64,000 nt of DNA from Candidatus Bathyarchaeum tardum (GCA_024650005.2 CP122380.1:1824001-1888000); one strand, 5' to 3'; positions 1-10,829 are shown, counted from the stretch's first letter. Translations and numbers: made by a program. The notes: a model not told the origin generated them from the sequence alone.

Positions 1-250
1 GTGCAATTCCATAAGAATTTCTTGGGATGGCTGTTGAATGCCAATTCGAATTGTTTTTTGTTCTAAATCGTTTATTCTTAGGCAAAGCAGATATACGTTC
101 AATATTTGATTTAACTCGACATTAGGGTCAGAAAGGTTTTCGCATATGTTCTAGGGATGTACCTATCAGCTTTCGAAATATGTCTTTGTAGGTAGGATGT
201 TATTTATTGTAAATCTTGACATTTAATCAATTAATTTGGTGAGCTGTAAA

Positions 251-394
251 TTGAAGTATGAAATTGAAATTGAGATTCCCAGTTCTGGTGCATGGTTCAA
301 ATATTTTACTGGAATTGATTCTTTAGAAGAAGCAGAACAAATCAAAGCAGCCGCAGAAGGAAACGTTAACGCCCGGATCATGCAAGGCGCTTAA
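251..394 (+). CDS. small hypothetical protein (47 aa, MKYEIEIEIPSSGAWFKYFTGIDSLEEAEQIKAAAEGNVNARIMQGA), not in ORF track
   Basis: TTG start after GGTGA Shine-Dalgarno (238-242), open frame to TAA, T-rich tract downstream. Confidence 0.6.
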   Translation: MKYEIEIEIPSSGAWFKYFTGIDSLEEAEQIKAAAEGNVNARIMQGA

Positions 395-515
395 TTGCAA
401 AATTCAGTGTTGTTTGCTTCTTTTGTTGTTTGTCCAGTTTCGGTAGTCAGTTCGTTTTGTTTTATAGCAGCAAAATTTTAATCAGTTTTAAAAACGTACA
501 CCATATTATTTACTA

Positions 516-1343
516 TTGTATAAAAAATCTGGGCGAAATAATGTGACGGGGACTTTTGATAACCTAAAGAAATACATTCAGATGCGAGAAAAAACAGACC
601 GCCAGATGTCAAATTTTTGGTTGGTCTTGTACTTTTTGCCCGTTTTTGTTGCAATTGTAGCAGGAGGATATTTTATGGTTTCGTTGATGGCTCAGTTTTC
701 TTCGATAGATTCTGTGACTTCGTACGATTTTTTTTATGATGAAGTATTATCAGGGGTAATGTTGCCTTGGTTTTTTGTTAGTTTGTCGTCGTTCACTTCT
801 GTAGTTGTTGGTTTGGTTGTTCCGTATTTTCTTGTTAATAGACGTAAAACTCATTTTAACCGACAAAAACTTCTTTCTCAGAATCTAATAGGTGCTATTG
901 ATTCTGTTGCTCAAACAACTGGTGTTGAGGTTCAAGACACTTTATTGGTGTTGCAAAAAAATGTAAAAGAAGCAAATTCGGATAAAACTGACAAAAACCC
1001 GATTTTATGGGCATTTTTGTCAGCATTCATTCCATTTTTGTCGTTATATGTTTATTATTTTCTTGTTTCAGACTTTTATAAACATGAACAATTAGAGAAC
1101 AGTTTTTGGGAGCAATCCAGCATTGCATTAAACCAATTAGGCATAACTTTTTCTGTTCCTCAGAGAGCCAAGCCTATGGATAACAGAAGTTTTGTGTTGT
1201 ACCTAATTTTAACTATAGTAACTACGGGATTGTTTGGAGCATACTGGTTTTATGTTTTGTTAAACGACCCAAATCAACACTTTGAGTATCATAAACGGGT
1301 AGAAACTCAACTGTTAAGTACAGTCGAATCAGCTGGCATCTAG
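516..1343 (+). CDS. multi-pass membrane protein, DUF4234-like
   Basis: Four hydrophobic segments; C-terminal LILTIVTTGLFGAYWFY motif; true start probably slightly downstream. Confidence 0.6.
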   Translation: MYKKSGRNNVTGTFDNLKKYIQMREKTDRQMSNFWLVLYFLPVFVAIVAGGYFMVSLMAQFSSIDSVTSYDFFYDEVLSGVMLPWFFVSLSSFTSVVVGLVVPYFLVNRRKTHFNRQKLLSQNLIGAIDSVAQTTGVEVQDTLLVLQKNVKEANSDKTDKNPILWAFLSAFIPFLSLYVYYFLVSDFYKHEQLENSFWEQSSIALNQLGITFSVPQRAKPMDNRSFVLYLILTIVTTGLFGAYWFYVLLNDPNQHFEYHKRVETQLLSTVESAGI

Positions 1344-1359
1344 AAAAATGAGGATTTGA

Positions 1360-2028
1360 TCATAACCCAAGCAGGTAGGGAGTGATAAAAGTTTCAATAA
1401 CTGCTGCAATTCCCATCAACATTATCGATGTTACAGCAAAAATTATTGTGTCCTGTAATCCTAGTTTGAATTTGAGATTATCTAATTTTTTTCCCCGTAA
1501 TTTGTTTATTATTGCTTCTGTAATGGTTACTTGCCACAGAACAATCGCAGATAACTGGAACAAAAATGCAGGTATCTCAATTATGCCGTGAGGAATTAAC
1601 CCTAATATTGGGTAAGCTACTCCTTTACTGATTCCTACCATTACTGCAACTATTCCGATTAATCCACTATTAAGCAAAATCTCTAATCCCAACAATAATG
1701 GCCCCACCGCTGGAATCCAAACAATCATTCTGAGGGGGTTCCAGAAATGCCCAATGTTATTAAAGAAAATGAACGAATACAAACTTCCCGTGTAAGGAGA
1801 TGGAATATCTCCAGTGCCTATAGTTGTTTCAGTAAATGAACCCAAAGTGTCAATTAAGTCAGGAGCCATATTAAAAATTACGATTGTAACAATAATGGAT
1901 GTTGTCAACAGAATAAAGAAGGCAAATGTTATTGCCTTTAAAATCAAGCTGTTTCGGTCAATTGCTTCTTTGAAGAGCCTTTTTGCCTTTGCGAACTGTG
2001 ATCCAACTTGCAGACCTGACATCTCCAA
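1360..2028 (-). CDS. stage II sporulation protein M (SpoIIM) family membrane protein
   Basis: IFFNN, NSGLIG, PHGIIEIPA and AAVIETFITP motifs. Confidence 0.85.
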   Translation of the reverse strand: MEMSGLQVGSQFAKAKRLFKEAIDRNSLILKAITFAFFILLTTSIIVTIVIFNMAPDLIDTLGSFTETTIGTGDIPSPYTGSLYSFIFFNNIGHFWNPLRMIVWIPAVGPLLLGLEILLNSGLIGIVAVMVGISKGVAYPILGLIPHGIIEIPAFLFQLSAIVLWQVTITEAIINKLRGKKLDNLKFKLGLQDTIIFAVTSIMLMGIAAVIETFITPYLLGL

Positions 2029-2211
2029 GTAGTTTGAATGATTTAAGTTGATTAAAAGTTTTATCTGAACTATTTTTGTTTCATTATCTACAAAATCTAA
2101 AAAAAGGTCCGAATAGTAAACCTGATTTTGCGTAACGAATAGGTTTTAAACGTGCGAACCTTAATTTCTTATGAACAAAATTTTACTTATCAACTGTGGA
2201 ACGGGCACAGA

Positions 2212-3897
2212 ATGACGGCTCAACTAACTGACACCCAAAAGGAAGATATACTAAACATCTGTAACGACATAGCTGGCTCGCGCAAAATCACTGCTGTATG
2301 TGTTTACGGTCCATGGGCTTGTGGCTACGCTGACCAAAAAACAGACATAAATGTCCTTCTTGTAATTGAAAAATTTCTTCTTCGTTTAACAAACCATTTT
2401 GGTACTGTTGATGACATCAAGATTTCAATTTTAGTTGTTAACCGTTCAGACTTTGAAAAAGACATCAAAAAAGGTTGGCTAGGAGAATTCGTTGCAGAAA
2501 GAGTGCTTTTTCCGTACCTACCTTTAGTTAATGCTGAATACTTGCACAGCAATGAAGTAAAAACCAAAAAAAGAACAGTAATTGAACTTCTTGGAAACTT
2601 AATTTTAGAGTTTCCAGAATCTTCCCATGAGTTTCTCATCAAAAATGAGTACTTCATGTATGAAACAATGATGAGAAAAGCCAAACTTTTCCCTCCATTA
2701 GCTTACGTTTTTCATAACATTACCCAAAAAAATGCAGAACAAAACATTAAAGCCATTATGGAAGGATACATGGAAGCGTTCAAAGAATTAGAGAAAGAAA
2801 ACACAATTGTTCTTTCAGACGACCATATAAAGATCAAAACCTTTCATATTCAAGCATCAAAAAACTGGAAAAACAAAATTCCCCTGGTTGTCAATTTTTT
2901 CCGAAGAATAACAGTTTCTCCTCTTTTGAGGCTTTATTCTGAATCAGCTGACTCTTTTATCCAAGAGCAACGGCTTTTCACGACTGGACACAAAAACGTC
3001 ATTGCTAACAAATTGGTTTCTCAACTAGAAGATCCGAAAAAATACATTTTGCTTCCTACGCCTCTGGGGACAATTTCTCTTTCGGATAAATCTGACATCA
3101 CTGATGTAGCCAAGAAAATCTTGGTCGACGATGAATTTTCAAAAATAGAAATTAAAAAAATTGGTGGAGTTTTTAACGATATTTATCTTCTTAGCATAAA
3201 AAATGGGAAAGAAAAAAAAGTTGTAGTAAAACAATTTCTAGACTGGTCGAACCTTAAATGGTTACCGTTAAGCATGTGGTCAGTTGGAACTGCATCTTTT
3301 TCTGTATTGGGAACTTCAAGAATGGAAAAAGAATATGCAATAACCAACTATTTACACAGTAATGGTTTTCCGGTTCCTCAAATATTTCATATCAGCTACC
3401 CCAAGCGCCTGCTTTTTGAAGAATACGTTGAAGGCAAAGAACTAGTAGAAACCATCAGAGAAATTTTTACATCAAATAACCCCCCAAAAGCATCTGACCT
3501 CGATTTAGTAAAAGAAGCAGGACGTATGGTAGCTAAAGCTCACGCTTTAGGTGTAACTTTAGGTGATTGCAAGCCTGAGAATTTTATGGTTACAGAAAAT
3601 GGAATTGTCTTGTTGGACCTTGAACAAGCAGCAAGAAGTGGAAACAAAACATGGGATGTTGCAGAGTTTCTATATTTTTCTGGCCATTACAGTCCACCAA
3701 TGTCAACTACTAACTCCGCGATTACTATCGCAAGAACTTTTATTGATGGATACATTGAAGCTGGAGGCGACAAAATAACAGTGAAGAGTGCAGCGTCTCC
3801 ACGGTACACTAAAGTTTTTACCGTTTTTACTCCGCCACATATTTTGCTTGCAATATCTAATGTTTGCAAAAAACATGAACCAAAAGCAGATTCATAA
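2212..3897 (+). CDS. fusion of degenerate Pol-beta-type nucleotidyltransferase domain and RIO/Bud32/Kdo-like kinase
   Basis: N-terminal YGPWACGYA..TDINVLLV; C-terminal VVVKQF, LGDCKPEN, LLDLEQ; start set at ATG 2212. Confidence 0.7.
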   Translation: MTAQLTDTQKEDILNICNDIAGSRKITAVCVYGPWACGYADQKTDINVLLVIEKFLLRLTNHFGTVDDIKISILVVNRSDFEKDIKKGWLGEFVAERVLFPYLPLVNAEYLHSNEVKTKKRTVIELLGNLILEFPESSHEFLIKNEYFMYETMMRKAKLFPPLAYVFHNITQKNAEQNIKAIMEGYMEAFKELEKENTIVLSDDHIKIKTFHIQASKNWKNKIPLVVNFFRRITVSPLLRLYSESADSFIQEQRLFTTGHKNVIANKLVSQLEDPKKYILLPTPLGTISLSDKSDITDVAKKILVDDEFSKIEIKKIGGVFNDIYLLSIKNGKEKKVVVKQFLDWSNLKWLPLSMWSVGTASFSVLGTSRMEKEYAITNYLHSNGFPVPQIFHISYPKRLLFEEYVEGKELVETIREIFTSNNPPKASDLDLVKEAGRMVAKAHALGVTLGDCKPENFMVTENGIVLLDLEQAARSGNKTWDVAEFLYFSGHYSPPMSTTNSAITIARTFIDGYIEAGGDKITVKSAASPRYTKVFTVFTPPHILLAISNVCKKHEPKADS

Positions 3898-3899
3898 TT

Positions 3900-5534
3900 T
3901 TATGATATTTCTTGTAGACGTTCGTTAAGTATTTGATGCTCTTTTTCTGATATCCAGTTTTCTTCTTTTAGTTCTGTTATTCCTTTTTTGATGGCTAACT
4001 GCAACTCGGTCTTCCCTAAAATATTGGCTTTGCGCCCTGCTTCGTTTAGCTCTTTTTCAAAAACTGGGTTTTCTTGAGTCAAATCCACAAGTCTATCAAG
4101 AAGAGCAGCTATAGTATCTGAACGGGGTTGCAGAAAACATTTCATTTTTCCTGAACCAAAAACACTTTTCAGTTTGGTTTTAATTCCCATGCAACCCAAC
4201 AGGGATGGAGGATATACAACATACCGTTTTCCAACTTCAGTTTCGTAGCAGATTAAATAAGCGGACATGTATGACAAAACTTGTTTTCTTCTTTTATCTT
4301 TGATGCCGATGTTGTCCAGTTCGTTTAATGCAGTTTCTTTTGTGGAAATCATTTGATCAATTTGCTTAATTATTGCTGAAGTCATGTCCTGCAGTGAATT
4401 TAATTCTTGTTCGTCCAATCTAGATCTTGCTTCTTTTGCAGCCTCAAGATCGTGAAGGCTCTTCATTGCATCATCAAGTTTGTCGTTGGGTTCTGACCGT
4501 GTTCGACCCACCTTGATTTTTTTAGCTTCTTCAACATTTTCGATTTCTCGATCAATGTCTTTGATTTCTTTGTTCAACAATGGAATCTGCTTTTTGTTTT
4601 CGTCAAACTTTTTCGTGAGCTCAAACTCGCCAGATTCATCTTTATTATCTCGGGCAACTTTAATGTCTGCTTCAATTCTCTCATTATCTTTTGTTAAACG
4701 TTCGAGCTTCTTTTCAATTACAACTCGTTTCTGATGAAGAGTACGAAGTTTTCGATCATAAGTGTTGGAAATTCTGGTAACCTCTTCATCACGTTTTTCT
4801 TGAATTTCCTTTATTTTTGCCATTACTTTTGGTTTAACATTTGTTATTTTTTGGTTAAACTCTTTCAGGGTCTTTCTCATGTCTTCCTGCAATAATTTTT
4901 CTTGTTTTCTTGATGTTTGGCTTAGAAATTTCATTGTTGCATTCAGATTTTTAATGTCTGCTTTAAGATTATTTTGGATTTCAGTAAGCTTGTTAACTGA
5001 TGCCTCAACTTCAGACTCATCCAGCATTGGAGATAAAATTGCTTTTGCAGATTCAGATTTTAAAGCATCTTCTGAGTCATTAAGATACTCCACTAAATCA
5101 TGAACAAAATCATCGTTTGTGATAAGCCCCTCGATGGTTTTTTCTTCATGACCTTCAAAGTTTTGGAAGTAACTAACATTTTGAGATAACGCAGCACTGT
5201 AAGCTGCTTCTGATTTTGAGCTTGCTTTGATATCAGTTTCGAAAGCGTTGATGTCTGGAACCAAATCATAATTGATTGTTTTTTCTGTAAATTCTAATCC
5301 ATCAAAAATAAGGGTCATCCCCTTCCAGGGCACCAACCATATGGGGTAACCGATTTCTGCTATGAATGCCAGTTTTTCTTCTGGTTTCTTTAAGACTTTT
5401 CTTTCGCCTTTTTTTCGATCTCGTTCTGCTAAATAGAAAAGTCCTGCCATTTCTATATTCTTGCTAAATGGTCTAATCCTGTCCTTAGCTGCAACACAAA
5501 AGGGTAAACCAATTTTTTTGATTCTATTTGCCAA
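3900..5534 (-). CDS. hypothetical protein with long central coiled coil
   Basis: 544 aa ORF; K/E-rich heptad region of about 230 aa between globular ends. Confidence 0.7.
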   Translation of the reverse strand: MANRIKKIGLPFCVAAKDRIRPFSKNIEMAGLFYLAERDRKKGERKVLKKPEEKLAFIAEIGYPIWLVPWKGMTLIFDGLEFTEKTINYDLVPDINAFETDIKASSKSEAAYSAALSQNVSYFQNFEGHEEKTIEGLITNDDFVHDLVEYLNDSEDALKSESAKAILSPMLDESEVEASVNKLTEIQNNLKADIKNLNATMKFLSQTSRKQEKLLQEDMRKTLKEFNQKITNVKPKVMAKIKEIQEKRDEEVTRISNTYDRKLRTLHQKRVVIEKKLERLTKDNERIEADIKVARDNKDESGEFELTKKFDENKKQIPLLNKEIKDIDREIENVEEAKKIKVGRTRSEPNDKLDDAMKSLHDLEAAKEARSRLDEQELNSLQDMTSAIIKQIDQMISTKETALNELDNIGIKDKRRKQVLSYMSAYLICYETEVGKRYVVYPPSLLGCMGIKTKLKSVFGSGKMKCFLQPRSDTIAALLDRLVDLTQENPVFEKELNEAGRKANILGKTELQLAIKKGITELKEENWISEKEHQILNERLQEIS

Positions 5535-5813
5535 GTTTCACACCAGTTTTAGTCTTTACGCTCTTTGAGCCACTTTTGATATTCTTAGTTCAGTTGATTA
5601 CAGGTGACCTTGTCGTCTTTAATGGTAGACAAGATTATGTAATTGTAACTCTGAAAGGTTATTTAGGTTTGTTGCTTTAATCAGATAAGCATTAATAAAG
5701 CTCTAATAAATACATGCAGTTTTGGTTTAATAATTTGAGTTGTTTTTTCAAGACTTTTTTTGTTCGGAGCATTTAAATCTGTGTAAAATCCTTGCAGTTG
5801 ACGGTAGATAACA

Positions 5814-6344
5814 TTGAATTACTGGAAAGATATCCCCCTTGGACAAAACCCTCCTGAGATTATTAACGCAGTTATCGAAGGAGTTAGCGGTTCAAGAGAT
5901 AAATACGAATACAAATCAGAGTGGGAAGCTTTTACATTAGACCGCGTGATTCCATCATCAGTTGTTTTCCCTATCGAATACGGTTTCGTTCCCCAAACAT
6001 GGTACGACGACCAAGACCCCCTCGACATCATGGTTATGAGTTATGAACCCCTAGAAGTTGGATGTATAGTGCGTGTTCGAGTTATTGGTGTTCTCGAAAT
6101 TGAGGATGAAAAAGGTGTGGACTCCAAAATTTTGTCAGTTCTTGTTGATGATGCTCGATTTGAAGGGGTTCAGGACATAACAGATGTTCATGTTCATCAA
6201 CTCAGGGAAATCCAAGAATTCTTTGAAACATACAAACGGTTAGAACCCCACAAGTGGGTTAAAGTAAAGGGATGGGAACCTGCAAAAAAAGGTCGAGAAA
6301 TCGTTCAATACGCGTCAGAGCAATACCAAAAACACAAAAAATAA
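5814..6344 (+). CDS. ppa: inorganic pyrophosphatase (family I)
   Basis: KYE, LDR, YGFVPQT, DDQDPLD, FFETYK motifs. Confidence 0.95.
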   Translation: MNYWKDIPLGQNPPEIINAVIEGVSGSRDKYEYKSEWEAFTLDRVIPSSVVFPIEYGFVPQTWYDDQDPLDIMVMSYEPLEVGCIVRVRVIGVLEIEDEKGVDSKILSVLVDDARFEGVQDITDVHVHQLREIQEFFETYKRLEPHKWVKVKGWEPAKKGREIVQYASEQYQKHKK

Positions 6345-6358
6345 GCCAATTTTTTGTG

Positions 6359-7036
6359 ATGAAAATGCCTTTGAAGGCTGTATTGTTTGATTTGGGTTTA
6401 ACCCTTATACAAACTGCCTCTTTTCCAGAAATCTACAGACGTATTCTTGCAAGTTTTGACGTTGAAGTTCCTGTTGATAATATAATTAAGGCACAAAATG
6501 AAACCGAAAAAGAGTTTGATTTTTCGACATATGACGAAAATAATCGAAAAGAATTCTGGACAAACTACAACGCGGCTTTGATTCAAAAACTTGGAGTTAA
6601 AGAAAACATTGATTTTTTGGCCAGTCAAATTGACGAACTATGGTGGACTTACTCACATGTGGAAGTATTTCCTGATGTTGAATCCACGTTTTCTGAACTG
6701 AAAGCCAGAGGCTTAAAAATTGGATTGGTATCAAACGGGTTCCAAAAAGACCTTGATCACGTTTTAGGTGAATTAGACCTGAAAAAATGGTTTGATTCTG
6801 TAGTATGCATTGACTCTTGTAACTGTGCAAAACCCAACAAGGAAATTTTTTTGTATGCTCTAGAAAAGTTGCAAATAAACCCGAATGAAACTGTTTTTGT
6901 AGGAAATTCTATTGAGCAAGATTATGAAGGAGCATTAGCAGTTGGAATCAGACCTTTTCTGATTGACCGTGAACAAAAATATTCGAACCAGTATAACACC
7001 ATAAACAGTTTAACCGATTTGCTGGATATCCTTTGA
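6359..7036 (+). CDS. HAD-superfamily hydrolase
   Basis: FDLGLTL, VSN, KPNKEIF, VGNSIEQD motifs; start moved to ATG after the ppa stop. Confidence 0.85.
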   Translation: MKMPLKAVLFDLGLTLIQTASFPEIYRRILASFDVEVPVDNIIKAQNETEKEFDFSTYDENNRKEFWTNYNAALIQKLGVKENIDFLASQIDELWWTYSHVEVFPDVESTFSELKARGLKIGLVSNGFQKDLDHVLGELDLKKWFDSVVCIDSCNCAKPNKEIFLYALEKLQINPNETVFVGNSIEQDYEGALAVGIRPFLIDREQKYSNQYNTINSLTDLLDIL

Positions 7037-7067
7037 AGAACACCCTTTTGTCAGTTTGCAGCCACCA

Positions 7068-7604
7068 TTAAAGAGCCTTTTGGACTGCTAAATTCATCAA
7101 AGTGCATGCTTTTTCTAGGTCGGTAATTGTCTTAAACAATCGGTCTTTGGTTAGGCCGTCGTAGTATATTATGTGACTTGCAATTATTTTGTTGTCTTTA
7201 ATATCTAGGGCTACGTCAACTGGGGCTAGTTTGAAACGTATTTTTGAAAAGATTTTTGTTTTTTCAGAATTTTGTTTCTTTCGTAATTTTTTTGTTTGGT
7301 CATCAGAAAAAGATATGACAGAAGAAACACATATGGAATCTTTTCGGTGAGACGACTGAACGAGATTTACTTTAGTATCAGAAGGCAAAGAAACAAGGTA
7401 ATTAAACAAAGTACTTTGTGCCGGTTCTCCGATTGGTTGTATGAAAGATAATTCTTCTTCGGTTAACCATTTTTTGATTTTTTCAGGAATAACATGTGCA
7501 AAACTACACCCTTTACTAAAAGTCAACAAAACAACCCCAACAAAAATATTATTGTATTTTTGATTAAAAATTTTGTGGCAACCAAAAAACGTCGTTTTCG
7601 ACAA
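7068..7604 (-). CDS. hypothetical protein, DUF2299-like
   Basis: EKIKKWLTEE and IYYDGLTKDRLF motifs; start uncertain. Confidence 0.55.
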   Translation of the reverse strand: MSKTTFFGCHKIFNQKYNNIFVGVVLLTFSKGCSFAHVIPEKIKKWLTEEELSFIQPIGEPAQSTLFNYLVSLPSDTKVNLVQSSHRKDSICVSSVISFSDDQTKKLRKKQNSEKTKIFSKIRFKLAPVDVALDIKDNKIIASHIIYYDGLTKDRLFKTITDLEKACTLMNLAVQKAL

Positions 7605-7639
7605 GGCTTATAGGAGAAAATGTCTTAAAGAACAGAAGA

Positions 7640-8776
7640 GTGGGCATGTCATCACAACTGATTGTAGTCAAAGTTGGCACAGCAAGCCTAACCAAAAATG
7701 ATGGAATTCTAGACAAAGAATTAATGGGCAAACTAGTCGACCAAATAGCTCAGGCAATCAAGCAAGGCAACAAAATCGTTTTTGTAACATCAGGAGCGGT
7801 CGCGGCAGGCATTGCTGAACTAGAAATTCCTCCCAAACCCAACGACATAGTATTCCAGCAAGTTTGTGCAGCCACTGGACAAAGCATAATCATGTCCATC
7901 TACCGTGAACTTTTCAAAAAACATAACCTAAAAGTCGCTCAAATCTTACTCACAGCAGAAGACCTATCAAACCGGGCAGCCTATTTGCATATCTGTGATG
8001 TTTTAGAGTTGGCTCTGCAGTTAGGTATTGTCCCCATTATCAACGAAAATGACGTTACCTCCACAGATGAACTTATCCCAATAACAAAAGGTTATGAAGT
8101 AAACTTCAGCGACAACGACAACCTTTCAGTTCTTGTCGCAAACGCCCTAGAAGCAGATATGGTAATCATATTATCCAACGTGGATGGGCTTTACACCATG
8201 CACCCTAAAAAACAGGGCGCAAAACTCATCAAAACAGTTGAACAAATCACCCCAGAACTCAAATGCGAAATAGAGGGCAAAAGTAAACTAGGTCGAGGCG
8301 GCATGAAGACAAAACTGAAAGCGGCTGAAGTCGCCACAGAAAGTGGGGTTCCTTTAGTAATTGCTAACAGCCAAAAAGAAAATGTAATAACAGATATACT
8401 GGCGGGCAAACAAGTAGGAACCTTGTTTAAGGCTCAACAAAAATTGCCTGGAATAAAGCGTTGGATAGCATACGGCGCTTCAGTTAAAGGAAAAATATTT
8501 GTTAACGAAGGAGCCAAAAATGCAATTCTTAAGGGAGGTAGTCTTCTTCCCGTAGGCATAATTAATGTTGAAGGAAATTTCAACGAAGGAGATGTAGTGT
8601 GCCTAGTTGATCACAACAGGAATGAATTTGCAAAAGCAAATCCCAACTACAACAGCAGCGAAATCAGTATTATTAAAAGTTTAAAAACAAATCAAATCAA
8701 AAAAGTTCTAGGGTACATACGCCATAAAGAGGTAGTTGCCCGAAAAAACATATGTTTATTGAAGTGTGAAATATGA
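7640..8776 (+). CDS. proB: glutamate 5-kinase with PUA domain
   Basis: VVKVGT, SGAVAAG, INEND, FSDND, GRGGMKTK, GGSLLPVG. Confidence 0.95.
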   Translation: MGMSSQLIVVKVGTASLTKNDGILDKELMGKLVDQIAQAIKQGNKIVFVTSGAVAAGIAELEIPPKPNDIVFQQVCAATGQSIIMSIYRELFKKHNLKVAQILLTAEDLSNRAAYLHICDVLELALQLGIVPIINENDVTSTDELIPITKGYEVNFSDNDNLSVLVANALEADMVIILSNVDGLYTMHPKKQGAKLIKTVEQITPELKCEIEGKSKLGRGGMKTKLKAAEVATESGVPLVIANSQKENVITDILAGKQVGTLFKAQQKLPGIKRWIAYGASVKGKIFVNEGAKNAILKGGSLLPVGIINVEGNFNEGDVVCLVDHNRNEFAKANPNYNSSEISIIKSLKTNQIKKVLGYIRHKEVVARKNICLLKCEI

Positions 8777-10014
8777 TTGAAGAAATTTGCATAAAAGCAA
8801 AAGCTGCTTCTAAACAGTTAGCCCAACTTTCAGATGAACAAAAAAATAGGGCACTATGTTTAATGGCAGATTCCCTTGAAGAGAATTGTACAAAAATTTT
8901 AGAAGCCAACCAAACAGACGTGGAAGAAGCCCGAACCAAAGGTGTAAAAGAAGCCTTAATTGATCGCCTAGTTTTAGGCAAAAAACGTGTAGATGCAATG
9001 GCTAATGACCTAAGGGGACTAACAAAACTTGTTGATCCCGTGAACGAAATTGTGAAAACATTGACCCGCCCCAACGGGTTAATTATTGGACAAATCCGTG
9101 TGCCCCTTGGAGTAATTGGGATTATTTACGAATCCAGACCTAACGTAACCTCGGAAGCTTCTGGACTGTGCATTAAAGCAGGAAACGCTATAATCCTCAG
9201 AGGGGGTTCAGACGCCATAAGATCAAACACAGCGATAGGAAACGCCTTACGAGATGCGCTAAAAAAGGCAGAAGTTAACGAAGATGCCATACAAGTTGTG
9301 CCAGTAACAGATAGAATTGTTGCAGAAAAAATGATGACCATGCGCCAATACATCGACGTACTGATTCCCCGTGGTGGAGCAGGCCTCATTAAAACAGTAG
9401 TGGAAAAATCCACTGTTCCTGTAATCGAAACAGGAACAGGAAACTGCCACATATACGTGGAACCTGACGCAGACCTAACACGAGCTATTGAAATTGTAAT
9501 AAACGCCAAATGTCAAAGACCAGGAGTATGCAATGCTGCAGAAAAACTTGTAATTCACAAGGATGTTGACAAACAGTTCTTGTTTGATGTCGTTTCAGCC
9601 CTTAACCTTAATGGGGTTGAAGTTAGGGCATGTGAAAAAACCATGAAGATTATGCCTAACCTTAAGCCTGCAACTGAAGAAGACTGGTACACAGAATTCC
9701 TTGACCTTATCATCGCCATAAAAATAGTTGAAAATACAGATGAAGCAATTGCCCACATCAATAAATATGGCACCAAACACTCGGACTCCATTCTCACAGC
9801 CGACTTTAACAAGGCACTAAAGTTCATCCGGGAGGTAGACTCAGCAGCAGTATACTGGAACTCGTCAACAAGATTCACAGACGGCAACCAGTTCGGAATG
9901 GGCGCAGAAATCGGAATCAGCACCCAAAAACTCCACGCCCGAGGACCCATGAGCATCCACCAGCTAACAACAACAAAATTCTTCATACTGGGCAGGGGAC
10001 ACATTAGATCCTAA
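8773..10014 (+). CDS. proA: glutamate-5-semialdehyde dehydrogenase
   Basis: YESRPNVT, IPRGG, GVCNA, GAEIGISTQKLHARGP; ATGA overlap with proB. Confidence 0.96.
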   Translation: MIEEICIKAKAASKQLAQLSDEQKNRALCLMADSLEENCTKILEANQTDVEEARTKGVKEALIDRLVLGKKRVDAMANDLRGLTKLVDPVNEIVKTLTRPNGLIIGQIRVPLGVIGIIYESRPNVTSEASGLCIKAGNAIILRGGSDAIRSNTAIGNALRDALKKAEVNEDAIQVVPVTDRIVAEKMMTMRQYIDVLIPRGGAGLIKTVVEKSTVPVIETGTGNCHIYVEPDADLTRAIEIVINAKCQRPGVCNAAEKLVIHKDVDKQFLFDVVSALNLNGVEVRACEKTMKIMPNLKPATEEDWYTEFLDLIIAIKIVENTDEAIAHINKYGTKHSDSILTADFNKALKFIREVDSAAVYWNSSTRFTDGNQFGMGAEIGISTQKLHARGPMSIHQLTTTKFFILGRGHIRS

Positions 10015-10247
10015 CCAGTTTTAAATTTTTTCTAGTCTTCCCTTAAGTGTCTAATTCTTCAGAGGCGCAAACATATCAGCATAACAGTATAGGTAAAGTT
10101 GGAAACAATTTTTCAGAAGTTTTCTTCCGTTAATTTTGTTATTCTGCTTTGTTAAGTTCCATAGTAACCATTGAAATGGTTTTGTATAGTTTTTATATTC
10201 TGGTGTGTTTTTGGGTAAGAGTTGTAATTTCCTTGAAGGTGTGTTTA

Positions 10248-10829
10248 ATGAATGTAAAATGTTTCAAAGTTGGCTATTTGTCCACTAACTGTTACGTCGT
10301 AAGCTGCGAAGAAACAAAACAAGCAGCAATTATAGATCCTGGACTAGAAATTCAAGCAGAAGCTGAACCCATTCTGGATTACGTCAAGCAAAACGATTTG
10401 ATAGTAAAATACATAATCAACACTCACGGTCACCCTGACCATATATCTGGAAACATGACAATGAAAAAAGCTACAGGTGCCAGTATCCTGATTCATGAAA
10501 ACCATTCAGGACGTGCCAACCCTGACCAAAAACTCAGTGACGGCGATGTAATTAACATTGGCAACTTCAAACTGGTTGTTTTACACACACCTGGGCACAC
10601 AAAAAGCGGCATATCTTTGCTGGGTGACGGCGTTGTTTTCACAGGGGACACCTTGTTTGCAGGCTCTATTGGCAGAACAGACTTTCCCGGGGGATCCTTC
10701 AAAGAATTGATTAATTCAATTAAAACCAAACTTATGCCATTGCCTGACAACTTTGCTGTTTATCCTGGGCATGAAGGTTTTTCTACCATTGGTGACGAAA
10801 AAAAATACAACCCATATCTACAAAGCTAA
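10248..10829 (+). CDS. MBL-fold metallo-hydrolase (glyoxalase II-like)
   Basis: THGHPDH, TPGHT, FTGDTLF, PGH; start at ATG 10248. Confidence 0.9.
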   Translation: MNVKCFKVGYLSTNCYVVSCEETKQAAIIDPGLEIQAEAEPILDYVKQNDLIVKYIINTHGHPDHISGNMTMKKATGASILIHENHSGRANPDQKLSDGDVINIGNFKLVVLHTPGHTKSGISLLGDGVVFTGDTLFAGSIGRTDFPGGSFKELINSIKTKLMPLPDNFAVYPGHEGFSTIGDEKKYNPYLQS

